Shown here piece after piece: positions 8,991 to 18,347 of a stretch of 64,000 nt of DNA; position 1 is the first letter of the stretch; each line of letters starts with the position of its first letter. The stretch is from a virus (taxonomy: Duplodnaviria; Caudoviricetes), in IMG/VR virus record IMGVR_UViG_3300027578_000006, positions 190 to 64,189 of that record. One strand, 5' to 3'. A program made the translations under genes and the position numbers. The notes under the pieces are model-generated. The model was not told where the DNA came from. It ran no database searches and was given only the letters and a program-made list of their open reading frames with translations.

Positions 8991-10862
8991 ATGCTGAACG
9001 TAATCGATATTACCTCCCGTCTGGCCAAAATGTCAGACCCTCAGTTGCGTCAGTACGCGCAGATACACAAGGACGATCCTTACACACTGGCGCTGGCTGC
9101 GGCTGAAAATAAACGTCGTGTTCAACTACGAGCTTCAGGGCAACAGCAAGCTGCCCAACAGCCTACCGTAGCAGACCAAGCGATTGCACAAATGGGCGCA
9201 CCAGCGCCGATGCCTCAACAGGCTATGGCTCCACAACCCCAACTACCAGAACAGCAAGGCATCGGCATGTTGCCTGCACAAAACGTCGCGGGCATGGCTG
9301 ACGGCGGCATCGCCGGATACGGTGATTCGTACGCAGATGAGTACGCAAATGGCGGGATTGTGGCGTTTAAAGATAAAGGGTTTGTTGACACCGCAACGGA
9401 ATATCTAGCGGACAAATTTTCAAACCTGCCCACACTTCCGGGGTGGAATATGGTGGCGCAACCGATGTTTAAGGGCGCTACGTATGGGGAAGAGGCGCGT
9501 CGTTCATTGGAATCTCCAGACACTTCTTCAGCTACTGGTCGAATTTTTGCGCCTATCAGAAAAACAGTTAGTGATTTTCTTAGCACTCCAAGCCTTGACC
9601 CCGCTACGCAACAACAGTTGGAAAATCTGGATAAACAAGCTCGTGCTTTGTCGGCGCGTCGTAAAGCCCTGACAGGTACTTTTGGGTTTCAGCAACAAAA
9701 TCCTGCGCAACAAGCAGAAGTAGCGCAAATTGATAAACAAATGAACGATTTACGGCAACAAGGCGAAGCATTAAAAAATAAAACGGAAAAAGCTGCTGCA
9801 TCGCCCGAACAAGGCCAACCTAAACCAGCAACTCCGGCAGAAACGTACAGCAGCATTACTGCACCACAGCCAAAACCGGCAGCACAAACACAGACCTCAA
9901 AAGCGCAGATCGGTACAAAAACCACCCTTGGCACAGGCACTACCAAAGACGGAAAAGCAGCCGCCGTTATTGAAAAAGCACCTGACTTTACCCCAAGCCA
10001 GCCGGGCGATTTAGACAAGGAGCTTAAGCGGCTTCAAAAAATGAGTCCGGGCACCAAGGCTTATGACGATCTGAGCGCCAAGATTAAACAAGGCTATACT
10101 GATTTGGAAAAAGCCAGAGAAGAAGGCCGACCCAAGGATAAAGCCTTTGCTGGGCTAGAAGCACTGCTGGGTAAGGAAGAAGATAAAGCCAAAGGCAAGG
10201 AAGCGCGTAACTTCAACATGGCACTGGTCAATGCTGGTTTAGCTATTGCAGGAGGCAAGTCCCAGTATGCACTTCAGAATATTGCAGAAGGTGCGCAGGT
10301 GGGTACCAAACAGTATCAGGAAGGTTTGGAAAAACTGGAAGCGGCTGCGTTGGAACGCCGCAAACAGGCCGCTATGATTGAAGAAGCCCGCCGTGCAGAA
10401 GCTCGTGGTGATTGGAAAGAAGCCCAGCAGTTTAAGCAAAAAGCGTTTGAAGCAGACCTTGGCGTTAAGCAAGCGCAGATTGCTGCTGTGCAAGACTTAT
10501 ACAAGACCGACCTTAAAACGGCTGCGGACATTGTTAACAATCAAAACACGCTGGCTTCCGCAGATCGCCGGTCTATGTTTGAACAGCAACAGCAAACTCT
10601 ACGAGCGCGTGAACAAAACGTAGCGCATCTCCAAGGGCAGAGAATTATGGCTTCGGCTTATGGTGCCCGTGCAGATCAGCGTGGTCAGATTACTCCTGCA
10701 CTGATGCTTAAAGAGTACAACGACTTGATTTCTGCAAACCCACTGGCTAAAAAACAATACCCAACATTTGAATCGTATATGGTTGCAATTCAGCAGGCGT
10801 CACAAGGGGGTAAAGACCCGTACGCTGGTTGGGGTAATCTGCAAGTAACATCGCCTAAATAA
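8991..10862 (+). CDS. internal virion protein
   Basis: 623 aa coiled-coil rich, MADGG and YANGG motifs, lies in the ejection module. Confidence 0.6.
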   Translation: MLNVIDITSRLAKMSDPQLRQYAQIHKDDPYTLALAAAENKRRVQLRASGQQQAAQQPTVADQAIAQMGAPAPMPQQAMAPQPQLPEQQGIGMLPAQNVAGMADGGIAGYGDSYADEYANGGIVAFKDKGFVDTATEYLADKFSNLPTLPGWNMVAQPMFKGATYGEEARRSLESPDTSSATGRIFAPIRKTVSDFLSTPSLDPATQQQLENLDKQARALSARRKALTGTFGFQQQNPAQQAEVAQIDKQMNDLRQQGEALKNKTEKAAASPEQGQPKPATPAETYSSITAPQPKPAAQTQTSKAQIGTKTTLGTGTTKDGKAAAVIEKAPDFTPSQPGDLDKELKRLQKMSPGTKAYDDLSAKIKQGYTDLEKAREEGRPKDKAFAGLEALLGKEEDKAKGKEARNFNMALVNAGLAIAGGKSQYALQNIAEGAQVGTKQYQEGLEKLEAAALERRKQAAMIEEARRAEARGDWKEAQQFKQKAFEADLGVKQAQIAAVQDLYKTDLKTAADIVNNQNTLASADRRSMFEQQQQTLRAREQNVAHLQGQRIMASAYGARADQRGQITPALMLKEYNDLISANPLAKKQYPTFESYMVAIQQASQGGKDPYAGWGNLQVTSPK

Positions 10863-10873
10863 CAGGAATAGCT

Positions 10874-13800
10874 ATGCCAACGTACAGCATTCAAGGGCCA
10901 GACGGTAAAACATATTCTATCGATGGCCCGCCAAATGCCACGCGAGAGCAAATTATTGGTGCTATTCAAGCGCGGATGCAACAGCAGCAAGCACAAGCCG
11001 CAGCCAAACCAAGAGAGCCGGGCATTATTGAAAGCGGTATTGGCGGAGCCAAGAAGCTGCTGTCTTCCCAACGCACGGCGTTGGAGTCCTTTGCAAGTCC
11101 GGAAGAAGCCGCGCAGGCGGGGTTGGCTCGTGCCCGTGCGCTGGAAGAAAAAACCCCCACTGCACTAAGTCTGGAAAAGGTCAAAGATAAGTACGCACAG
11201 GAAGGCTTTTTCCCTGCTGCTGGGGAAGTGCTGCGTCAGGCTCCGAGTTTTATTGCAGAGCAGCTTCCACAACTGGGAACTGCTTTTGCGGGTGGGCGGT
11301 TGGGGGCTATGGCTGGCGCTCCTTTAGGTCTGCCCGGTGTGATAGGTGGCGGTATTGCGGGTGCCCTTACGCCTTTGGCTTTGCAAGCCTACGGTACGGG
11401 CGCTGAACGTCGCGCTGCTGAAGGACTCCCACAAGACCCCGGTAAAACAGCCGTGTCTGCGTTAGGTCAAGCAGGTCTGGAAACCGCCGCTATGGTGATT
11501 CCGTTTGGCGGCAAGCTGATGGGCCGCCTACTGGGCGTGGGAGAAAAAGAAGGTGTTCAGGCACTGGTGTCCCCCGCAGCCCGCAAGCTGGCTGAAGAAC
11601 GTCTGGCCACATCGATCGCCAAAGGTACCGGTAAAGGTTTGTTGGCTGAAATCCCCACCGAAGTTGGGCAGCAGATGCTGGAGCGTTGGCAAGCCAACTT
11701 GCCGTTGATGGACGACAATGCATTGAAGGAATACAGCGAAGCTGCCTATGGCGCTACGCTTTTTGGCGGTCCATTTGGTGGTGTTGGCCGCAGGGTGCAA
11801 GTTGGTCAGGCAAAAGAAGACGTTGCCCGAGGCGATGCGCTTGAAGCCACAAAGAAAGCCAAAGAACTGCGCGAAGCAGAAGCGGCAGAAAAAGCCAAGC
11901 CTGAATACGCGCTGCGTATTGGCGATCAGTTTGAAGCCCTACAACAGCAAGAAAAAGCTTTGCTTGCAGCGCGGGGTAAGAAGCTGGGCAAAGACGCAAC
12001 TGATGAGCAGAAAGACCTGTTTGCACAGCAGACAGAAGAACTGCAAGGCTTGCGCAACCAACTGAAAGAGCTTGCTCCTGCGTACAAAGAAGTTAAAGCC
12101 AAGCTTCCCAGCTTGAGAGAAGAGCGCCGCATCGCTGGTATGTCTGAACAAGACTATTACTACGAGCAGATGGGCATGAAGTCGGACGCGCAGCTTGCCG
12201 CCGAACAAGCCGCAAAAGAAAAAACCGCGCCGCCAAAAGACGAGATGCAGGCTTGGATGGATCAGACTGCTGCGCAGGCAAAAGCCGTTCCTGCTTCACA
12301 ACTGCAAAAAGAATTGGATACGGCGCTGGGTGGTTTGCGTCACTGGGGTTCGGTTACGCCTACGGATGTAGCAGAAGTGTTGGCAGATAATCCCGTGCTA
12401 ATGCTTAAAGTATACAAGGGCGAGATTCGCATTCCTGAATTTAAAGCCAAAGATACACAGACGCTTAAGAGCATTCTTGAGTTGCAAATGAGCAACTTGG
12501 CTGGCCAGATGGCACAGGGGCGTGTTGCTGCTGAAAAAACAAGTGCGCAGATTGAAGAAGAAAAAGCAGCACTGCAACGCATAAGCGAAGCCCCCCTACC
12601 CGAATCTAAAGCAGCTACACAGCTTGGTCTACTGAATGAACTTGAGGGCTACGCCGGAGAAATGAAACCGGGCGTCTCAGTTGAACCCGGACTGCAAAAG
12701 CAAAACTACAGAGCTAAAGCACGAGAGTTCCAAGAGACCGCAGATGATGCACTGGTTAAAATTCAGGAAAGTCTGGATAAGATTGCCAGAGGTGAGACGC
12801 TGGACAGCTCTCGCCCTGATGCACGTAAGTTTGCATCTGCTACCTCAGACATTATTCGTCAGCAGGCAGAGCAAGCCAAACCGGAATACATTGACGCGGT
12901 TATGAACCGTGTGGCAAACGAACGTGCGGCGGAGGGGCAACAGCCTATTACGACCGACCAAGCTGCAAAAGCTGCGGTTCAGATGAACGCTGCACTTGAT
13001 GCGTTTATAAATAGGCAGGCCACTGAAGAGGCTTTGCTCAGACAGCTTGATGTGCTCCGCGCCAGATTGCTGGTGGCGCGTCCCGAAGTGCAGAAACAAG
13101 GGCTTCCAACAGAGGGTCCGTTGTCCGCGCAGAGTAGCTACCGCGAAGCGCAACGCGTTGCCGAGGAGCGTGGTGAAACTGCCCAGACACTGGAAGGTCA
13201 ACTGCGCCGTCAGCGCGACTACGTTGGTGGTTTGCTTGAGCGCGTCATACCTACCGGCACCATTCCACGTAATACACGGGCGCTGTTGCAGCAGACACAG
13301 ACTGCGATTGAAGATGGTATCGCCACACGTGAGGTGTTAGACCTTGCCGAAGATATTGCGACTCGTGTACAGCGTGGTCAGAATACACAAGCAGAATTGC
13401 CCAAGCTCAATGATGCGTTGCGTTCCATGCAGCAGGCACAGGCTCCCGGTATTGAGGGCGGTCAGCAGTCGTTGTTTGGCGCTGAAGATTTAGGCGTTGT
13501 TCGCGCTACCGCTGCAAACTTCCGTAAGTTCCTTGGCTCAAAACAAGTGCAGGCACTGCGGGCACTGCTGCCTAAAGTTGAAGCGGTTGTTGAGAAAGAG
13601 CGCACTGTTCGTACCGGAGAAGGTCGTCCGGGGGTTGATATTGGGTTTTACGACAAGCGTATCGACACGCTAGAAACACGGATTAACGAAGCTAAAGATT
13701 CATTGGAAGATGTGGGCGGCGCAAGCTGGGAATCCATAATGGAGACCCGCGCTGTATTGCCTGAAGAGGTCCGTGTTGCTCGTCAAAAGCTTGTTGCTCT

Positions 13801-16800
13801 GCTGCAAGAGCAGAACAAGTTGGAGATGGAAAGAGAAGCATCGCTTAAGCAGAAGCCCAAAAGCAACCGTGCGCCCTACGCCGCAGTACAGGCCGAAGCT
13901 AAAGCCGCCAAGCTTAAAGACCAGATCAAGGACAAGGAAGTTAGCATCCTGCAATCTATCCGCGATCTGGCAGCACAGATTCGTGAGCAGCGCGGTCAGG
14001 CTTTGTACGGCCCCATCATCCAGAAGTTTGAGCAGCAAGCACAGTTGTTTGAAGCAAGGCTGGCTGAGTTGGAAGGCTCTATGCCAGAAGGCGGGCGCAT
14101 GTCGCCTGACTTGGACGCACTGTTTACTGAAGCCGAAGACCTGAAAGAAGAAATTGCAAAAGCCCGCGCTGCTGTTAAAGAAGCCCGAGACAGACAAGAA
14201 CGTACCGAAGACAACTCAGGTCTGCTGGCTGCGGCGGATGAGCGCATCGTCAAAGACAAACAGCGTCTGGCCGAACTGGAAAAGAAACTTGCCAACATAG
14301 ATTTTGTTGGAGAAGAGCGCCGTGCTGCGCAGGTTGAAGCTGGCAAACTGCGTCGTGATACTGCCGTAGCAGACAGCAAGCTGCGTGAAGCCAAAGAACT
14401 TCAGAGCAAGCAGACTGAAGAACGCAAGCGCCGTATTTCTACAGGCGAAGGTACGCAGAAGTTAACTCGCCAAGTTGTACCGGTTGAGCGTGTCACGCCA
14501 TCAGGCAAGCGTATTGTCATGAAAGAAAAAGGCACTGGCCTGCCCGTGCAGCAGAAGAAAACTACCGGCGCATACGCTGAACGGGAGCCGGTTAAAGGTC
14601 TTGACTGGAAGACAACCAAAGAATCTAAGCCACGCATTGCACCAACAGCAGAAGCGGTTGAAGAAACCACGCCTAAAGCACAACGCGTGGGCGCGGCGGA
14701 GAATTTTAAAGACATTGCAAAAACAGCAGGCACACTTGCACGGCAGGCCAATGTTACTGACGTAACGCCCAAGCCAAAGAGAGCCGAACCGTTGCGTGTT
14801 GGCAGTCAAGAAGCCAGAGAAGAAAAGATCACGAAGAAGCAAACACTTGCACAGAGACGCAAGCTTGCACGAGATACTGCCGAAGGCGTTGTTTCTGAAT
14901 ACGATGACGACGCAGGTCTTGCGTTTCGCACAGCCAAAGCACCAGCTACGCCGGTTGACGCAGCAGAAGCAAAGAAGTTGATAGTAGAGACCCTCTCTAA
15001 GCTACCCAAAGGCGTGAAGCTGACTTACGTCCCCACGCTTGAGGGTATGGACCCTGCGTTGTTGAAACGTCTGGTTGAGCAAGGGTACAAAGAAGGTGAA
15101 GCGTTTAAAGGTGTAGTGCTGCCAGATGACGGCACCATCGTTGTGGTGGGCGACCAGCACGGTAGTGTTAAGGACTTGGAAGAGACGCTGTTCCACGAGA
15201 TGGTGGGCCACTACGGCATTGACACCGTGATTGGCATGGACCGGTTGAAGAAGTACGCCCATGCAACAGACCTTGAGAAGCTGGCCGCGAAGCTGGGCGG
15301 TGACCAGTTGTGGACACACGCTGTTGATGCTATGCGGTTTGCCAACGAGCAAAAAGGTGATACAGAACTTGCCGCACTGCGCGAGATTATTGCTTACACA
15401 GCCCAGCAACGCATCACTGAGAATTTTAAACAGAAGGCTGGACGCTGGTTGCAAGAGCTTGTGGGTATGGTGCGCTCTGCACTACGTCAGATGGGCTTTA
15501 AGAACATGGCAGAGATGTCTACGTCTGATGTGTTCTACGCCATCAAGTTGGCTAATAAAGCTTTCAATGAGCGCACTGTCGGCCCTTATCGTGCAGAAGG
15601 CGGTGTGATGGCGTTCCGTACCAAGCGTGAGCCAAGCCGTTACGGTAGCTCTTTTGTTGGTAGCCAGAAAGGTGTTGTCGATAACCTGCGCGGCAACTTC
15701 CTTGGGTTGTCTGGGCGTGTGCAGTTCGTTGACCAGTACGCGGCGCTCGATGCGGCTATGAAGAAGGGGCTGGATGCAGGCGTTATCTCTGACTTGGAAG
15801 CCGAGCAGGCTGGGTACTACCTGCGCTTTGGTCAGCAGGCTAACGCTTTTGCTACACAGGCGCTGACTAATGGCCCACTGGCACTGGTTAAGCAGATGAC
15901 TAAACGCGGCATGGAGTTTGTTTACAAGAGCGCACCGGGTGCCAACATGGTCAAGGTTGCTCAGGCGCTGGAGAAATCCGGCATCAAAAACAGCACTGAG
16001 TTGGAGCACATGTTTACCATCTACGCGGCAGGTAAACGCGCCAAGCAGGTGGGCTGGAAGAAGCTGAACTTTGATAACCCCGACGCTGTTGAGCAGGACT
16101 ACAACAGACTGATGGAAGAGCTTAAGGGCAACGCCAAAGCCCGCGCTGCGTTTGAAGAAGCCGCCAAGATTTACAAAGAGTATAACAACGGGCTGGTTGA
16201 TTTTGCTGCGCAGACAGGCTACTTGTCTCAACAGAAAGCAGCAGAGTTGAAGGCAACGGACTACGTACCGTTCTATCGTGTGCAGGGCGGCGAGTTGCAG
16301 TTGATGGTGGACAAAGAGCGTCCTATCCGTATTGCCAACATGAAAGACGAGCCGATGTTGCACGAGCTTGTTGGCGACAACACACAGATTCTCCCGATCT
16401 TTACAAGCTCGGCGCAGAACGCGTTTGTTCTGACCCGCATGGGTCTGCGTAACCAAATGATGAAAGACAACGTGATGTTGTTGGGCCGTCTGGGTATTGC
16501 AAGCAAGATTGGTAAAGGCGCTGGTCCACAAGGTCCGAACACGGTTCGCTACAAGGTTAAGGGCGAAGACAACTTTGCCGTCATCGACTCCGATATGTAC
16601 GGCATCCCAGCAGACTTAATCGTCAAGGGTATGGAAGGTATCAAAACCACCATCCCGATGGCCATCAAGATCATGGGTATGCCAGCCAATGTGTTGAGAA
16701 AGTTTGTCACCCGCAACCCAGCTTACGCTGTGCGTCAGGCTATTCGTGACCCGCTGACTGCTTGGTTCACTACTGGCACGGATGGTGTGCCTGTGCTTAA

Positions 16801-18181
16801 TTCTTTTAAAGAGTTAGGCAAGATGGTGGCCGGGCGCAGCAAAGAAGAGATCGAGTTGATGCAAGCAGGCGCTATCTCCAGCAACGTCATGACAGGCGAC
16901 GAGCAGGATATGGCCAAAGCTTTGCGTGATATGAGTCTTGGTCGTTCGGGCTGGACTAAGCTGATGATGAAAGCTGACGCGCTGGCGATGCAGGGCGATG
17001 CTGCAACCCGCGCTGTGATCTACAAGGACTCGCTGGCCAAGGGTATGTCTGAGATGCAGGCATATATGCGCACACTAGAGTCGATGAACTTTAGCCGTCG
17101 CGGTTTGTCGCCTTCGATGCAGATGCTCTCGACAGTCATCCCGTTCTTCAACGCTCAGATCCAAGGTCTGGATGTGCTGTATCGGGCGTTTACAGGCAAG
17201 ATGCCGTACAGCGAACAGTTGAAGATTCGCCAGAAGCTTTACACTCGCGGCTTGCTGTTGGCTGCGGGCACACTGGCTTACGCTGCGGCGATGGAGGATG
17301 ACGAAGCGTACAAACGCGCCAAGCCTGAAGAGCGTCTGGGCAATTGGTTTGTGTACACGCCGTTCTCGGATGAGCCAATGAAAGTGCCTATCCCGTTTGA
17401 ACTGGGCTACCTGTTTAAGGCGTTGCCAGAAGCGGTGTTCAATACGGCAGCAGAAGACGAACGTGCTGACGACATTACCAAGGGTATGGGCAAGCTGGTG
17501 GCGCTATCTAATCCGTTTGCTCTGCCAGCGGCGATCAAACCTGCAACTGAAGTCATCCTTGGCCGTTCGTTCTTCGGCGGGGACATCGAGTCCAAGCGTG
17601 AGTTGACCACCATGATGCCGGGTGAGCGGTATCGTGACACGACGACTGAATTTGCCAAGATGCTGGGTAGCGTCACAGGCGATGCGGGGTTGACTCCGAT
17701 CAAGATCGACTACCTGATCCGTGGCTACACAGGCGCTCTGGGCGTTGCGATTGCATCACTGGCTAATCCTATCCTGAACACGGAAGCCAGTGCAGTTGAG
17801 CAGCCGACCATGAAGACCAGCAAGATGCCGTTCATCGGCGGGTTGTTCCAGCCGGTTGAAGGTAGAGGAACGCTTGACGCTGCGTATGAGCGCATACTGG
17901 AGATTCAGCAGGTACAAGGTACGTACAAGCGACTGCTGGAGGAAGGTAAGGATAAAGAGGCTGACGCTTTCTTAGACAAGTATGAGAACAAACTTGTTAG
18001 TGTTAACTTCTCTGGGCGGGTTCGAGAGCAGCTTGGCAAGCTGGCCACCATGCGCCGCAACGTGGTTGCAGCCGACCTTACCCGAGCAGAGAAAGACGAG
18101 ATGCTCAAAGAAATTGATGAGCAGCAAGTCTTAATCGCACGGGAGTTCTTGTCTTTTACAGGTGAAACCAGACCCCGATAA
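10874..18181 (+). CDS. giant polyvalent virion protein (zincin metallopeptidase plus LPD38-like C-terminus)
   Basis: 2435 aa; LFHEMVGHYG zincin motif; C-terminal PFFNAQIQG and VPIPFELGYLFKALPE segments resembling LPD38. Confidence 0.7.
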   Translation: MPTYSIQGPDGKTYSIDGPPNATREQIIGAIQARMQQQQAQAAAKPREPGIIESGIGGAKKLLSSQRTALESFASPEEAAQAGLARARALEEKTPTALSLEKVKDKYAQEGFFPAAGEVLRQAPSFIAEQLPQLGTAFAGGRLGAMAGAPLGLPGVIGGGIAGALTPLALQAYGTGAERRAAEGLPQDPGKTAVSALGQAGLETAAMVIPFGGKLMGRLLGVGEKEGVQALVSPAARKLAEERLATSIAKGTGKGLLAEIPTEVGQQMLERWQANLPLMDDNALKEYSEAAYGATLFGGPFGGVGRRVQVGQAKEDVARGDALEATKKAKELREAEAAEKAKPEYALRIGDQFEALQQQEKALLAARGKKLGKDATDEQKDLFAQQTEELQGLRNQLKELAPAYKEVKAKLPSLREERRIAGMSEQDYYYEQMGMKSDAQLAAEQAAKEKTAPPKDEMQAWMDQTAAQAKAVPASQLQKELDTALGGLRHWGSVTPTDVAEVLADNPVLMLKVYKGEIRIPEFKAKDTQTLKSILELQMSNLAGQMAQGRVAAEKTSAQIEEEKAALQRISEAPLPESKAATQLGLLNELEGYAGEMKPGVSVEPGLQKQNYRAKAREFQETADDALVKIQESLDKIARGETLDSSRPDARKFASATSDIIRQQAEQAKPEYIDAVMNRVANERAAEGQQPITTDQAAKAAVQMNAALDAFINRQATEEALLRQLDVLRARLLVARPEVQKQGLPTEGPLSAQSSYREAQRVAEERGETAQTLEGQLRRQRDYVGGLLERVIPTGTIPRNTRALLQQTQTAIEDGIATREVLDLAEDIATRVQRGQNTQAELPKLNDALRSMQQAQAPGIEGGQQSLFGAEDLGVVRATAANFRKFLGSKQVQALRALLPKVEAVVEKERTVRTGEGRPGVDIGFYDKRIDTLETRINEAKDSLEDVGGASWESIMETRAVLPEEVRVARQKLVALLQEQNKLEMEREASLKQKPKSNRAPYAAVQAEAKAAKLKDQIKDKEVSILQSIRDLAAQIREQRGQALYGPIIQKFEQQAQLFEARLAELEGSMPEGGRMSPDLDALFTEAEDLKEEIAKARAAVKEARDRQERTEDNSGLLAAADERIVKDKQRLAELEKKLANIDFVGEERRAAQVEAGKLRRDTAVADSKLREAKELQSKQTEERKRRISTGEGTQKLTRQVVPVERVTPSGKRIVMKEKGTGLPVQQKKTTGAYAEREPVKGLDWKTTKESKPRIAPTAEAVEETTPKAQRVGAAENFKDIAKTAGTLARQANVTDVTPKPKRAEPLRVGSQEAREEKITKKQTLAQRRKLARDTAEGVVSEYDDDAGLAFRTAKAPATPVDAAEAKKLIVETLSKLPKGVKLTYVPTLEGMDPALLKRLVEQGYKEGEAFKGVVLPDDGTIVVVGDQHGSVKDLEETLFHEMVGHYGIDTVIGMDRLKKYAHATDLEKLAAKLGGDQLWTHAVDAMRFANEQKGDTELAALREIIAYTAQQRITENFKQKAGRWLQELVGMVRSALRQMGFKNMAEMSTSDVFYAIKLANKAFNERTVGPYRAEGGVMAFRTKREPSRYGSSFVGSQKGVVDNLRGNFLGLSGRVQFVDQYAALDAAMKKGLDAGVISDLEAEQAGYYLRFGQQANAFATQALTNGPLALVKQMTKRGMEFVYKSAPGANMVKVAQALEKSGIKNSTELEHMFTIYAAGKRAKQVGWKKLNFDNPDAVEQDYNRLMEELKGNAKARAAFEEAAKIYKEYNNGLVDFAAQTGYLSQQKAAELKATDYVPFYRVQGGELQLMVDKERPIRIANMKDEPMLHELVGDNTQILPIFTSSAQNAFVLTRMGLRNQMMKDNVMLLGRLGIASKIGKGAGPQGPNTVRYKVKGEDNFAVIDSDMYGIPADLIVKGMEGIKTTIPMAIKIMGMPANVLRKFVTRNPAYAVRQAIRDPLTAWFTTGTDGVPVLNSFKELGKMVAGRSKEEIELMQAGAISSNVMTGDEQDMAKALRDMSLGRSGWTKLMMKADALAMQGDAATRAVIYKDSLAKGMSEMQAYMRTLESMNFSRRGLSPSMQMLSTVIPFFNAQIQGLDVLYRAFTGKMPYSEQLKIRQKLYTRGLLLAAGTLAYAAAMEDDEAYKRAKPEERLGNWFVYTPFSDEPMKVPIPFELGYLFKALPEAVFNTAAEDERADDITKGMGKLVALSNPFALPAAIKPATEVILGRSFFGGDIESKRELTTMMPGERYRDTTTEFAKMLGSVTGDAGLTPIKIDYLIRGYTGALGVAIASLANPILNTEASAVEQPTMKTSKMPFIGGLFQPVEGRGTLDAAYERILEIQQVQGTYKRLLEEGKDKEADAFLDKYENKLVSVNFSGRVREQLGKLATMRRNVVAADLTRAEKDEMLKEIDEQQVLIAREFLSFTGETRPR

Positions 18182-18347
18182 GACCGCGCTTAACCCCAAC
18201 GCTGGCCTTGGCGTGGAAGATGCGGTGAGCTAAAGCTTTGCGGAGGCCGTCTTGTATGACGGCCTCCGTATCCAAACAAGGGACAAAGAACCCCTGCCCA
18301 CGCTTAAGCTGCGACCAAGGGTACGTTACCTGTAAAGTCTTCTTCAT
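18156..18347 (-). CDS. small hypothetical protein, possibly DNA-binding
   Basis: 63 aa, YPWSQLKRGQGFFVP; last gene of the minus arm. Confidence 0.55.
   Translation of the reverse strand: MKKTLQVTYPWSQLKRGQGFFVPCLDTEAVIQDGLRKALAHRIFHAKASVGVKRGLIGVWFHL

Noticed and set aside
15482-16531. 349-aa antisense ORF and other long antisense ORFs (e.g. 19819..20523, 43691..44350, 46301..47011)
   Set aside because: They lie over well-supported genes, lack motifs, and are expected shadows of codon bias.
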